Assembly (NCBI GenBank): GCA_013265495.1
Contig: MU058531.1
Span: 1,860,911 to 1,924,910, forward strand
From: Vicugna vicugna
Lineage: Eukaryota
Direction: 5' to 3'
Length of the DNA stretch: 64,000 nt
Both the position numbers and the translations under genes were made by a program. Under the pieces are notes generated by a model, which saw nothing but the letters and a program-made list of their open reading frames with translations, was not told the DNA's origin and did no database searches. Below are positions 1 through 12,866 of this stretch, piece by piece (the stretch's first letter is position 1; every line of letters starts with the position of its first letter).

Positions 1-1313
1 CTTCTTCAAGTTTTTCATACCTCTTACTATTTTTACCAGCTTAACATTGAATATCTTCCTAGGCAAGAAATTCTCTCAATAGTGGCTACATAAGTCATTC
101 ATAAGTATAAACTAATTCACTCCTGTAATAGTGACTACAGAGATGTTAAATAACAGCCAAAGCTAACTTTTCTCAGCCCTATCAATGTCAGAAATTACTG
201 TTGATATTCAGAGGATAAGATTACAAGTATCAACTAAATTGTTACTTACCTGACTTTTAGTCAACTTGGAATTTATTAACTCTGTGATGCGAGGTAGGGA
301 TCTAAATTTATTTGCCCATATAAACAACCAGGTACCTAACTGTCGAATCTTTTCCTCCTGTTTTATAATGGCACCTCTGTTAAGTATCATGTTTCATGTG
401 TGTCAGGATCTCCTTGGGCTTTCTATTCTGTTTTATTGGTCTACTTGTTCTACAGTACAGTCTTCTTTAAAGACAATTTTAAAAAGTGTGTTTTTTTGAA
501 AATCTTACAGGCACATTCACCATGGAATGACTGCTTTAGGTAGCAAGACATAGAAATTTACCTGAGTTCAGCAATAAATTATCAATGCTAAATAAAAGAC
601 ATGTTTTATATAGTTCTATAAAATATAGGCCTATCTTAAGTTTCTTTTTTTTAATCAAAATCTTAGTTGTCTATAGTCCTTTTAAAGTATTCTATGAATG
701 TGAAAACTTATTAATTACGTTCTTTCCATAATAATTTTAATAAAAAATTTACTGTGGTTTTAATATTTATACTTGCATGGTTTGCACAGTTCTCCCTTCA
801 CCTAAAAATAATTTTTAAAATATATAGGTATCTTTCTGAGGGGACAGTTTTTTTATTTAATTATTATAAAATTGCTATGTAAGAGGTTATTAATTCAGTG
901 GTTAGATTAAACAGATGCTCATATTCTATCTCTTAATCAAATGTAAATAAGGGCGGATCATTTTAACTCTCTACTCTCTGCCTGCTAAGTTTCTTTGGGG
1001 TAGAGAGAAGAAGGAAAAACATGTCACTTAGGACTGTCTTTAGAACCAGCACATATTCTTCTATTCCTTATCTCCAACCCCAAAAAAGTATTTTGCTTTG
1101 GATGTAAAAATATAGTTTGGAATTTTATGCCATGTAAATGTAATTATTGAGAAATGTTTATAATTGTGATAAATATGTCCAGTAATTGCTTAATTAGTTA
1201 ATTGTCACACTATGAATTCTTAGGTGACTTTCAAATTCTCTTGATAATATTTCAAACGCATTATCATTATACTTTTTTCTGAAATTCTGTTTTCAACTAA
1301 CATTTGATTTTAG

Positions 1314-1467
1314 GCCCAGAAGCCTTACCTGGTACAAAGGAGAGGAGCTGAATTTGCCTTGACAACTATAGTGAAGCATTTTGGTGGTGAAATGGCAGTG
1401 AAGTTGCCACATCTCTGGGATGCTATGGTTGGTCCATTGAGGAGTACAATCGACATAAATAATTTTG
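1314..1467 (+). CDS. BTAF1: BTAF1 coding exon (AQKPYLVQRRGAEFAL...IDINNF)
   Basis: Acceptor ttttag, donor gtgtgt; 154 nt, phase 0 to 1; translated by hand (not in the ORF track). Confidence 0.93.
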
Positions 1468-1893
1468 GTGTGTACATAGTTTTCTTAGTTGAGTTTTTAA
1501 CAGATTTCAGTGTATATCCATTACATACATCCTTATAAAATACCAGTGCCTATACCTTTCTATTCCAGACCAGCTGGTAAGTTTTTAAATTGAAGGTTGG
1601 TAAACTCATTCATTTTAATTTATTTTTATGTCAATTCATATACTTTTTTTCCTTTTACTTTTTTCTGTTACATACTAGAAAGAGACATTTGAAGTGGATC
1701 ATTATTTAAACTTCAGTTGCTTTAAGTATAGTACCTTAGCATTTAAATTAAGGGCATGGCATTTCATTTTACATTATAAAGCAAAGTAGACTCTCCCATG
1801 GTAGCTGGGGAAGTGCTAAAACTTTTTGTGGGCTCTAGATCTTGAAAAATTATTTGCAAGGTGATATGCACTTAAATCAATGTATTTTAATAG

Positions 1894-2003
1894 ATGGAAA
1901 GTCCCTCCTGGAAAAGGGAGATGGCTCTGCCCAAGAATTGGTGAATTCTCTGCAAGTTTTTGAAACAGCAGCAGTGTCAATGGATTCTGAGCTTCATCCC
2001 TTG
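1894..2003 (+). CDS. BTAF1: BTAF1 coding exon (DGKSLLEKGDG...SELHPL)
   Basis: Acceptor aatag, donor gtaact; 110 nt, phase 1 to 0. Confidence 0.93.
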
Positions 2004-3399
2004 GTAACTAACTAATGCAAGTGTAATGTTTTTCTAGTAAAATAAGTTTTTTTTTTAAATAAGTCTTTTTAGAAAGTCGTAAGGCTTGAAAAATGCAACT
2101 TTGATGTAATCTCTAGTAATTGCATTTTCTTTTATATGCTATTACTAGATTACTTCTTCCCTGACAGCACAGTTCTTACAGGCTTTGGGGCAGAACTGGG
2201 TACATGAAGGATATAAAACCCACTCTGGGAGCTTAGAATACAGGCAGTGGAGACAGGGCTCTGATGGCACGAAAGCCAGGTATAAACAGGAAAGAAGACT
2301 GCATCCCTGTTCCTCTGTACTATTTTAATAATATAGTTACAGGAAAGCAAGAGCACAGGTAATAAAACTTCTTCCCAAGATAAGTGTAATGGTAGAAGGA
2401 AGTTACTACCTGAGATCAAACTAGTCAGTGGCAAAGATAGAACACTGGTTTGTTTTTGACTAGTGAAATATTTCTTACCAAAAAGTTGGAACAGAAGGAG
2501 GAGGAACACAGACTAGAGAATTAACTATCTGTTTTTCCCATAGAAGAAAGTATTATTTCCATATAACTGCAGTAGGAAGCTCTCTGCAGTTTTATAACAC
2601 TGAAGGGTGCTAGCTCCAGTTCTGTTCATATCTAATATAAGAGAGAGAATCTAGGAGAGAGTAGAGGAGAGTGAACTTTCTCTTTTTACACAGTAATAAA
2701 GCATATTCTTTTACTTTAAAATTTCACTGATTAATCATTAGTAAAGAAGGGCATAATCCATCCATATATGCTCACCCTCCATGAGCAATAGCATGCATTC
2801 AGCTGAGCTGTAAGACTAGTCTGTTGAACAAGTACCTGGCTCTCATCAGCATTAACTCTGGCTTCCATGTAGCAGATATTTAATAACGGGATGTCTTGCT
2901 CTTGTGGTCATACTGCCTATGTTAAGTCAGGAAGTTAAAATGGAGAATACCTACCAAAGTTTGGTGCCTACAACAAAATCAGGATCACTCAACCCAGTGA
3001 ATAAATAAAAAGTATGTACCTAAACCTAAGCCAGTGTTACCAACTTTGGAGGGGGCTGATGATATATGGGGTCATTTCCCCAGCCTCAGTAGGAGAATCC
3101 TGTAAGTGCCTTTGATTTTGGAAAGAATTTGAGTGTTCCCTGATGCCTAAGGATTTGAACAGGGGAGAAGTTATGCACCTTTCTTTTCTTTTTAAAAGAG
3201 TTATAATAACTTAGCTTAGATTTAGATTCAATTTATATTGAGGATGCTTTGACAATAATGTTTTGGGTAACTGGAGATATTCTTGGATGTAGAGTCACTT
3301 AGAATATTGAGAACCTCTGAGTACGGGCTATTAAAGTTATGTTTTAAACAGTAGATTCCCTAATGAATATTCTCATTGTCTTAAACTTTTTGTTTTCAG

Positions 3400-3601
3400 T
3401 TGGTACAGCATTTGCCTCATCTTTATATGTGCCTTCAGTACCCCAGCACTGCAGTGAGGCACATGGCTGCTCGTTGTGTGGGGGTCATGAGCAAAATAGC
3501 TACCATGGAAACAATGAGTATTTTTTTGGAGAAGGTTCTTCCATGGCTAGGAGCAATTGATGACAATATCAAACAAGAGGGTGCAATTGAAGCACTTGCC
3601 T
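3400..3601 (+). CDS. BTAF1: BTAF1 coding exon (LVQHLPHLYMCLQYP...AIEALA)
   Basis: Acceptor ttttcag; ORF 3400..3663; ends at the U12-type donor gtatcctttt; 202 nt. Confidence 0.95.
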
Positions 3602-4585
3602 GTATCCTTTTTTATTTTGACAAACTGTTCAGAATTATATTCATTTTATTTAAGGATGACTGAAATAAAATTTATTTAATCAAATATGCACATAAATAAC
3701 CTGCCTTGTTCCAAAAAGAAAACCACTTTTTAACATTTATTTTGAAGTATGTTTATGTTACATTATAAGTATATTACAAATATGTTTACATGTTATTATG
3801 AAAATTTTACACAGAAAGTAAGATCTTTTTACAGGTAAAGATAATTTTATGTACTTCATGAACTGTGTATTTATCTAGTAACTTTTCTATTTATTTGGCT
3901 TATTATCAGTGTTTTATTAATATTAATCAGATACTATGTAGGTAGTCCTTATAAACATGTTATGTTCACTTTGTTCATTACTTGGGGGGGAGTGACTAAA
4001 TTAAGTAACTAGAAATATATAGGCAAGCTTTTTACCAAGGGAATGGCATCCACTGACAATCTTTAACTCAAAATACTTGAAAGATATTTCTAAGAGCAAG
4101 AAGACGCAGACCAAATTAGTAGAAACACAGGTTCAGAAATGATGAAGATGGCAGAAGGACTGAACTGACTGGGCCTGCTGTGTCCAGTTTGTGATTGTTA
4201 AGATCCTGGTGGGGAATTTGGAATTAATCTTGAGTGACACTGAATTGTGCTCCCTTGCTTACAGTGTAACTATGTTGGTATGAGAATTCCAGAAACTTTC
4301 TCTATGAAAAAAATCTTATTAGTAAAGCTTCCTCCAGCCTTTCTTAGATGAAAAACATAATTCTATATTCTTTATCATGGGAAAGTTACATAATGTTTAC
4401 AAAGGAGCAACAGTGTGCAAATGCTGTTATAATTGAACCATAGGCCTTAAAGGACAGTTGGTCTATCCCCTCATAATACAGATGAGAAAATGAGGAACCG
4501 TTTTAAAAGTTAGAGTCTTGGTGATTCAGTTTGTGAAAGCATCTACCTCAGAACCAATTGGAAATTTCCTTAATAACTTACTCAG
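3602..4585 (+). other. BTAF1: U12-type (minor spliceosome) GT-AG intron
   Basis: 5' splice site GTATCCTTTT; branch site TTCCTTAAT at 4566-4574 close to the CAG acceptor; no long polypyrimidine tract. Confidence 0.93.
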
Positions 4586-4734
4586 GTGTAATGGAACAAC
4601 TGGATGTTGGTATTGTTCCATATATTGTCCTTTTAGTTGTGCCTGTTCTAGGAAGAATGAGTGATCAGACAGACAGTGTAAGATTCATGGCTACGCAGTG
4701 TTTTGCAACACTAATTAGACTCATGCCACTTGAG
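4586..4734 (+). CDS. BTAF1: BTAF1 coding exon (CVMEQLDVGIVPYIV...LMPLE)
   Basis: Acceptor ctcag, donor gtaagt; 149 nt; ORF 4558..4743. Confidence 0.95.
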
Positions 4735-5254
4735 GTAAGTTGAAGATAACTTGGTTTATGGACTCAATGTTTTCTGTAACATCATGATAATTATAATCCT
4801 TTTTAAAGAACATATCAGGTTTAAAAAAAGATTTTGAATATGTTTACATTGTAAACATTAAGAATTTTATGCTGCAGTGGATGATTTTTTTTAACAGTGT
4901 TCTTAAATAAAATTGTGGTTCCTAAAAGAACGATAAGTTATTGATGCTATTTCTAGAAATGGAATTGTTCCTAAGTATCCCTGGTAACATTTAGGTAAAG
5001 ATTCTGTTCTGAAGTTTACATGAAAGGTACATTTGAGAGATGGTAATTGAAAGTGTAAAAAGCAAACGGAAGTCTATTAGTTTCTGGAGAAAGCAGACTA
5101 GAAGGTTAAAGTTGGAGAGTTCTGGAGTATATTCATGGGGCAGAAATACTGTATGTGGCCAATGCAAGAAAAGAAGTGGCTTGAAATAAAAGAGCCAGGA
5201 CCCTACCACTAAGCCACTTAATATACTTTTATGGGATTTTTGTAATTCAGGAAA

Positions 5255-6160
5255 TCAGCAAGAAGTTCATCTGTATTGTAGTATGTATCAGTACTTCCTT
5301 TTTATAGCCAAAAATTACTCTGTTGTATGGACATACCACATTTTGTTTATCCATTTACCAGCTGATGGACATTTAGATTGCTACCAGCTTTTGGTAATTA
5401 AGAGTAATGCTACAATCAACATGCACTTATAAAAAGTCTTTGTGTGGATATATGCTTTTATTTTGCTATCTAGGAATGGAATTACTGGGTAATATGATGT
5501 TTAACTCTGTTACAAACTGGCAAACTGTTTCCAGAGTAACTATCATTTTACATTTCTACCAGCAAAATTTGAGCATGGTTGCATAGCCTCTTTTAAAAAA
5601 AAAAAATTTGGCTCTATCTAGTAAAGTTGAAGATTCCCATCCCGGTGACCTAGCAAATCCATCCTAGGCATATATCCTAGAGAAATTGATATATATCTAA
5701 GATACATCTTCAAGAATATCTATTATTAGCATTACTTATAATAGTCTAAAACCACTCAAATACTCATTATCTGTAGAGTAGATAGGTTAACTGTGGATTA
5801 TTATACTGCAATAAGAATGAACAAAGTACAGACACATACAATATTAGCAAATCCTTAACATAAAATTCCATTTTTATGAAGCTCAAAAATAGGCAACAGT
5901 ACATGGGATGCTTACTTAGGTGATAAAGGCATAAAGAAAGGCAAGAAAGAAATTGCCATGAAAGTCAGTAAAATGATTACATCTTGAGGAAAGGAGAGTG
6001 GATTATCACTGGGGAAGCATATGGGATCTTCTAGGATGATGGCACGGCTGTTGATCTGGCAATGGTTACAAAGGTGTTTGTTTTATAATTTATTAAATTA
6101 TAATTTGTTTATATATTTCTCTGCATGAATGTTTATTCCACAATAAAAGGTGTTAAAGTA
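5255..6160. mobile_element. Two old L1 3' fragments (- strand, then + strand)
   Basis: L1M 3'-end motifs such as gtttatccatttacc...gatggacattt and gacctagcaaatccatcctaggcatatatcc. Confidence 0.7.
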
Positions 6161-6394
6161 ACCAGCGTGACCAAAAAACACTAGACTACTGTATTGAAAC
6201 ACCCAAGTGTCATTTCCTGAACTATTTCTAGCCTCTGCCTTGTAGCTCTTATTCATATCCTTTAACTCTTGGGCCGTGCATCATCTTACCTGTAAACTAA
6301 ATTGGGTATAATTAGTCTCCTTGGTCTTTCCAAGCTTTGGAATCAATGAGGGATGGGAAACCATTGTGTGTTTTTTGAGCAAAGGAGTAGGTGA

Positions 6395-6499
6395 TGAAAG
6401 CAGTGTTTTAGGAAAATTAATCTAATAGCTGAAAGCAGTGTTTTAGGAAAATTAATCTAATAGCTGAAAGCCATGTTTTAGGAAAATCAATTTGATAGC
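6395..6499 (+). repeat. Three-copy 35-bp tandem repeat
   Basis: tgaaagcagtgttttaggaaaattaatctaatagc at 6395 and 6430 (identical) and at 6465 (diverged). Confidence 0.95.
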
Positions 6500-6699
6500 T
6501 CTTTGAATGTGGATTAGAATGGAAGTACCCCTAAACAGAAACCAGATCCACTGTGAGGTGATAAAGGGTCTAAACTACTTTTTTTTTTTGTTTTAAGAGA
6601 GAGCAGATTGGCAAAGAAAAGAGATTTTGGACTTCAGAGTCTGAGAAAAGAATAGTGAGGTTCCCTTTGATAGATGTGAAAAATTACAAGGATATGATG

Positions 6700-7850
6700 C
6701 ATGTTTTGCTTCCAGCCATGATAGAAAAACAGATTTATCCTCCCACCTTAACTAGAAAACCAGAAAAGATGGATCAAACAGTGGTTTTCAGACACTGAAC
6801 AACAGGTAGCACAGGATAATGATTCATGAGAGAAGGGAAACAAATGAAGCACCCTAGGTTACTTCCTGGAGTGAGTTTCCAGACCATAGGACAGGGAAGC
6901 AAAACCTAAACAGAGGTTAGGAGAGCGAGACTGCGGTGACAAGATGGGTAGAGTGCAAGGTAGAGTGCCTGAGAGGAAGCTTCAGAGGTGCACACAAAGG
7001 CTGAGTGTTCATCTGGGCATATGTATGAGAATTTATGTTTGAGCCTGGGGAGAAAGTCATAGAAAGGAGTAGGCAGAACAATTCCCAGAGCTCACACAGG
7101 ATTAAGAATAATCTGTATTGCCACCAAGCTGAGTCAAAGGACTTACCATACAGGGCATGTAGACCTACCATACAGTCCTTAGAAGTACACTGTCTGAATA
7201 GTGCGGCCAAATTAGCCCTTGACAAAAGGCTGATATGAACCCACTTAAAGCTTAGAAGCAAGCCTTAAAAGGATCAAATTGGTTTCAGGTAACTTAACTA
7301 CACCCCAGAAAAAACCCATAAAATATTTAGCCCCTAATAGTCCAACATCATACAACATAAAACTTAGGACGTTTAACATCCATCAAAAAATTAACAGGTA
7401 TGAAAATATGTCCAGTAACCAGAAGAAAGTTCAGCCAATAGAAACAGACCCTGAAATGACCCAGAAAATAGAATTAGTACACAAGGACGGTAAAATACAC
7501 GTTCAGGAAGGCAGAGGAAAGCATGAGTATAATGAGCAAAATGGAAGCTATGAGAACATCCCAAATTGAACTTCTTGAAATGGAATATGTCATTACAATT
7601 AAAAACACAATGTATCAAAGGGGAGGGTATATGTAGCTCAAGTGGTAGCGCACACGCTTAGCATGCATGAGGTCCTGGGTTCAATCCCCAGAACCTCCTC
7701 TAAAAATAAATAAAAACCTAATAACCACTCCCCTCAAAAAAAAAAAGCTGTAAATAGAGTAAATAGATATCTAAAAAAAACCACACATGCTGGATTGGAT
7801 TAATAGTAGATCAGATGCTGTGAGTCTGAAGACATAACAGTAGAAGCAAG
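6700..7850 (+). mobile_element. Old L1M 5' region and degenerate ORF1, interrupted by a SINE
   Basis: L1M 5' motifs and ORF1-like remnant QPIETDPEMTQKIEL. Confidence 0.7.
7620..7746 (+). mobile_element. Vic-1-type tRNA-derived SINE
   Basis: ggggagggta...tagctcaagtggta (A box), gggttcaatcccc (B box), AT-rich tail with a C-run and poly(A). Confidence 0.88.
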
Positions 7851-8459
7851 AATGTCGTGCAAGTTCATTCCTGTTCTACTTTATCTTGATTTGCTCTGTT
7901 ATATCTACACAGGAAGAATCATGTACTTTTCTGAAATAATTATTGTTAAGGATTCAGGGAATATCAACCAGTGATTTTGACAGAAGTTTTAATTCCATGC
8001 CCTATTAGTAACTCTTGCTGATTTCATAGGAATTGGACTGAGGAAGATTCTCACAGGAAGGGCCCTGAATAATATTTATGAGTCCTAATCATTGTTCAGA
8101 AATGTACCTTATTGTATTGCCTTATATCTGGTTGTCATTTATTAAAAAGTCCATGAGGATAAGCGTTAGAAGATTTGTTACTTCCTTGTAAAGCACTGTG
8201 CAGAAAGGCCTCATTTTGATGATTATCATTACAATATTAGATGTGTTAAAATGCTGGTTTCTATCTTACTAGGTAATGTCATTAATTACAAGAACTTCTG
8301 AAGGTATAACATGCAGTCATTTTTAAGACTCAGTTTACACACTTCACTCCTGATACTCTTTTCTGGTATTATAAGAAACATATATTTTAGTAGAATTTAA
8401 TTGAAATTCTCAAGATTTTACATTTTTTAACTTTAACTTTACATTTCTTAATTATAGGG

Positions 8460-9771
8460 CAATAGTTCTCAAACTTTTTGGCCTCTGGACCTCTTCGCAC
8501 TCCTAAGAATTGAGGACCCCATTGTGCTTTTGTTTATCATATTTTCTATAATAGAAATTAAAACTGAGAAATGTAAAAAGATTTATTAATTCATTTAAAT
8601 AATAAACCCATAGATGTTACCACAGGTAACATTTTTTTAATGAAAACCATTTTTTAAGCTCTTTTATGCCTGGCCTAACAGTAAAAATAGCTGGTTTCTT
8701 TGTTTGCTTGGGCATTTAGTCTCTTGCAACATGTTCCTTCGGTTGAGGTACAGGAAGGAAGTCCAGCCTCATAAATGTAGGTAGTTGGAAAAGCAAACAG
8801 TATATTGACAACCTTTTCAAATAATTGTGGATATTCTTTTGTCTGATAACATGTCAAAACTCAAGAGAAAGCTTGTTTAATTTCTATGTAGTGTAGAATC
8901 TGAAGTCCTATCGATATATGTATAAATCTCTTACATTAAAGTGGTTTATCTTATACTTTTGAATAGGTCTTTTACTGGTTCATGTTTTGTAACATGCATT
9001 GGTCATTTGAAAATATTTGTTCACTAAGTTATACAAGTCTTTTAAGGGTTGAAACATTTCATCATACAATAGCAAAAAATCAGACTCATTAATATCACCA
9101 ACAGAAAATTATTTAATATTGGGAAGCACTTGCAGTACTAATAAGTTTCCCTTGAAAGCTTGATCATCATCGGCAATGGGTTATGTCAGTTATTTTCCTT
9201 GAAGTGACAAATTTATTTCTGAGAAAATGTCAGCCAAATAACCCAAGTCATAATAACCATAGTTTGTCAGTCCATTCAGGTATAATGTTTTTCTATAAAA
9301 AATGGCTAGGTCAGCTCACAATTATAAACAGCCTTGCAAAGTGCTTTTTCCTCAGCATATTATACTTTCACATTTGTGATATGCAACAAAAATGCTTTAT
9401 GTGTACTTTATATTTTGTTGCAGAGAATGTTAAAAAGATGTGCTGTTCAAAGGTTGAGGTTTAATCAAATTATTTTTACTGATTCAAGGATACTCTTAAG
9501 TGAAACTAGCTTTAAAAAAAATGCTGATGCATGGCTATGAGTACAGTGATTACTCGTACAGTTGAGGCCATTGAGGCCATTGCCTTCCTTCTTTGGCACA
9601 AGCAGTTTTACCCACCATTACTGTTGCACATCAGAGCACGTGTCAACACATTATCATGGTGAAAAAAGCAAACAATATTTTTCTTTTATTATGAAATAGT
9701 TTTGATGTCAGTGACCCATTTGAAAAGATAGGGATCCCAAGGGGTCTGCAAATCACGTTTTGAGAACCAAA
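8460..9771. mobile_element. hAT DNA transposon, Charlie1-like, internally deleted
   Basis: Termini caatagttctcaaa and tttgagaacca; near-perfect 8-bp TSD ttataggg/ttatgggg; - strand hAT dimerisation-domain remnant EYPQLFEKVVNILFAFPTTYIYEAG (8675..8857). Confidence 0.88.
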
Positions 9772-10212
9772 TTATGGGGTATCATAACACTAAAGTTAAG
9801 AAGCTCCAATAACAGCATTTCACTTAAAATAAGCTATACAACGTTATTTGCCTGTTTGTCAAGTAATGCATGGTGTGGGAAAAATTAAGTTGTTGCTGTG
9901 TTCTTTAAATTACCTTATATGTGTTCATTTATTAGTCTCATTATAGCACTTTTAATACCTGTCAAATTCTTAATTATTTCTCTTTAAAATCTTCAAAATA
10001 TGAGTCTTTAAAATCATATTTTTTGAATTGCTTTTTTGCATTTATATGTATTTTTATCAAGTATTTTTTTAATTGAGGTATAGTTGATATACAATATTGT
10101 ATTATCTCTGTGTTTATATTTGGTAAGACTTGAAATGATTTCATTACCTGAGGATGGGAAAATTAATAAATCGTAGCAAATAGTTTTCATACACTTTAAA
10201 CAATAATTTTAG

Positions 10213-10365
10213 GCAGGCATTCCAGACCCTCCAAATATGTCAGAAGAATTAATCCAATTGAAAGCCAAGGAGCGACACTTTTTGGAACAATTGCTAGATG
10301 GGAAAAAATTAGAAAACTACAAAATTCCAGTGCCAATCAATGCTGAACTCAGAAAGTATCAGCAG
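10213..10365 (+). CDS. BTAF1: BTAF1 coding exon (AGIPDPPNMSEEL...LRKYQQ)
   Basis: Acceptor ttttag, donor gtaaag; 153 nt. Confidence 0.95.
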
Positions 10366-10596
10366 GTAAAGTTTCATACTTATCTTTTAAATATTAATAG
10401 TGACTATTCTCTTCAAATGTGCCTTGAAGAGTTTAAAAAATTTATTTAGTAAATTCTTGTGTTTAGTGTCTTACACCCATTTAGTGTCTCTTTGCCTGTA
10501 AAAATACGGATTTTTGGTCTGTGCAAACATGTTCTTTACAAGAAAAAATTTATGATCTGTTCACACATATCATTTTTCTTTCTTCCAACCTTTCAG

Positions 10597-10718
10597 GATG
10601 GTGTGAACTGGTTAGCATTTCTTAATAAGTATAAGCTTCATGGAATTCTATGTGATGACATGGGTTTAGGAAAAACTTTACAGTCCATCTGCATTCTAGC
10701 AGGAGATCATTGTCACAG
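10597..10718 (+). CDS. BTAF1: BTAF1 coding exon with Walker A / motif I (DDMGLGKT)
   Basis: Acceptor tttcag, donor gtaatt; 122 nt. Confidence 0.96.
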
Positions 10719-10808
10719 GTAATTTTAAAAGCTGTTTTAAAAGAAGGCTTTAAGATGCTGAGAAATGTAAACAAGCTGGTTAATTTATTGTACTTTGCTG
10801 TTGTAAAG

Positions 10809-10976
10809 GGCCCAGGAATATGCAAGATCAAAACTGGCAGAATGTATGCCACTTCCTTCCTTGGTGGTTTGTCCGCCAACATTAACAGGTCATTGGGTGG
10901 ATGAAGTAGGTAAATTTTGCTCCAGAGAATATCTCAATCCGTTGCATTATACTGGGCCTCCCACTGAAAGAATAAG
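10809..10976 (+). CDS. BTAF1: BTAF1 coding exon (AQEYARSKL...LVVCPPTLTGHW...TERI), motif Ia
   Basis: Acceptor taaag, donor gtaaga; 168 nt; follows a 90-nt intron. Confidence 0.94.
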
Positions 10977-11544
10977 GTAAGAACTGTACAACCAAAAAAT
11001 GTTTAATCTTTTGCTTTAAGTAGTTGGTAGGATAAAATTTATTAAAAATGAATTTTAGTTAGCTTTTTTCATTGTCAGACATAGAAACTTATTTAAGAAA
11101 GGTGAGTGAATATAATAAAGACATAATCAGTGAGACCCATCAGATTCAAGGACTTTAGCCATTGTTAAAAATCAGCTGGGCTTTCTATGTTTTGGAGCTA
11201 GGAAACTATCAGGAATCAAAGTCATTGTCTGTGGCCTTCTATGGAGTCTTGTGATCATAGCATCTCCTCGCTGCTTCTGTTGTATCTCTTTCCCTAAGAG
11301 CTCCCTCGTCCTTCCGTGTCCCCAGAAGGGCTTTTGGTCCATAATGGCTGCTCTAGCTACCCTGATAGTATAGAAGCACTAGACTTCTACTAGCTTTACC
11401 CTTTTTCTGTTAACTAGTATGTCTCTTACGTTCCTAAATACAAATGTTGAAGAGTGGAATCTCATTGATTCCATTTCATCTTTTAACGCTTGGATAGTCA
11501 TAGATTGCTGATTAGTCCATAGACTTACTTCCCTTGTGTTAACA

Positions 11545-11770
11545 ATAGCTAGCATACATTGAGCACTTACTGGTCAGGCATTATTCTTAGTAGTTTTACA
11601 TAAATGTAAATTATTCTCATCATTATCTTATGATGTATGGGCACTAGTATTGTTCCCAATATGCAGGTGAGGTGTCTAAGACATGGAGCCTGTTTTCAAG
11701 GTCACTTAGCTAACTAACAGGGCAGAATGAGGATTTGAACACAGGCAGCTCAATAGCTTGCACTCTTAGA
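11545..11770 (-). mobile_element. MIR SINE
   Basis: MIR core motifs: cattgagcacttac, cccaatatgcaggtgagg, ggatttgaacacaggcag. Confidence 0.75.
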
Positions 11771-11789
11771 GAATTTACTGGAGAAGAAT

Positions 11790-12290
11790 TCATCCATTTA
11801 CAAACGATGGAAACTCAGCTCAGACTAGCTTAAGCCAACAGGAAATTCACTGATTAAACTGAACATCTCATGGGGTGAATTCTTGCTTCAGGTACATCTA
11901 ATTTGCTCTTCCTCCCCATGTACGACTTGTTCTGTTGGTCTCTATTGGATTTTAGTCTAATGTTGGTGGATAAGATGACCATGGGCAGTCCTAGGCATAT
12001 ATTCTCCTAGCTTGGCAACTACATTAAACAGATCTCTCTCCCATCATGACTGTCAGTACTGGAGATGACTGGTCTTGATTGGGTCATGCCCCTAAACCAG
12101 CCTTTATGGTCAGGGGATGAAATATTGTAAGTGGCTTAACCTGATTTGAATGCTTCATCTCTTTGGTGATTATGGGGGCATGTGACTGATAACTCCTGCA
12201 CTCTCCCCCAGCACAACACGCTATGGCTAAGGAATAGTGCCTCCAAGGAAGAGGTGTTGGCAAATAAAGTTAAAAATGTCCTCCACATTC
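11790..12290. mobile_element. Ancient MaLR (MLT1-like) LTR
   Basis: Motifs aaactcagctcagactagcttaagc and gattgggtcatgccc. Confidence 0.55.
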
Positions 12291-12522
12291 TGAGTGAGAG
12301 GTACCCATCTCTTTTCTAATCAGACTGAGGACAAGAAGGCCAAGTCTTAAGAAGAATGGCCTTCAGATAGCAGGGTCGAGGATGTAGAGTGAGCAGGAGG
12401 GAACGTTGGGCTTAGTAGACAGGTTAAAAGCACTTCATACAATGGTAGCTGTGGTTTCCCCTTTGAAAGTGTATTATAAACTTTGCAGATTCCCCATTTT
12501 CTAATCTTATTATTAAATACAG

Positions 12523-12600
12523 GTTACAACATCAAGTGAAAAGGCATAATCTGATAGTGGCTTCATATGATGTTGTGAGGAATGACATAGATTTCTTCAG
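12523..12600 (+). CDS. BTAF1: BTAF1 coding exon (LQHQVKRHNLIVASYDVVRNDIDFF)
   Basis: Acceptor tacag, donor gtaaga; 78 nt. Confidence 0.94.
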
Positions 12601-12736
12601 GTAAGAATCTAAAAAATTTTTTAGAAAAACAGTACCAGCTTCAAAGAGACTTAATATTTTCCTGCCTCAAACACTCTTCATAGTGTTCCTGACATATAGT
12701 AAAAAATGGTAACACTTTCTGTTTATTCTTCCTTAG

Positions 12737-12866
12737 AAATATTAAATTTAACTACTGTATTCTTGATGAAGGCCATGTCATCAAAAATGGAAAAACAAAA
12801 TTGTCAAAAGCAGTAAAACAACTGACTGCTAATTATAGGATTATTCTTTCTGGAACACCAATCCAG
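12737..12866 (+). CDS. BTAF1: BTAF1 coding exon with DEGH box and motif III (SGTPIQ)
   Basis: Acceptor ccttag, donor gtaatt; 130 nt; GAT GAA GGC CAT at 12765-12776. Confidence 0.96.

Noticed and set aside
6395..6499. CRISPR-like 35-bp repeats
   Set aside because: The units are head-to-tail with no spacers, in a mammalian intron.
7620..7700. tRNA-like sequences here and at 33362 and 38483
   Set aside because: These are SINE heads with A-rich tails and degenerate stems, not tRNA genes.
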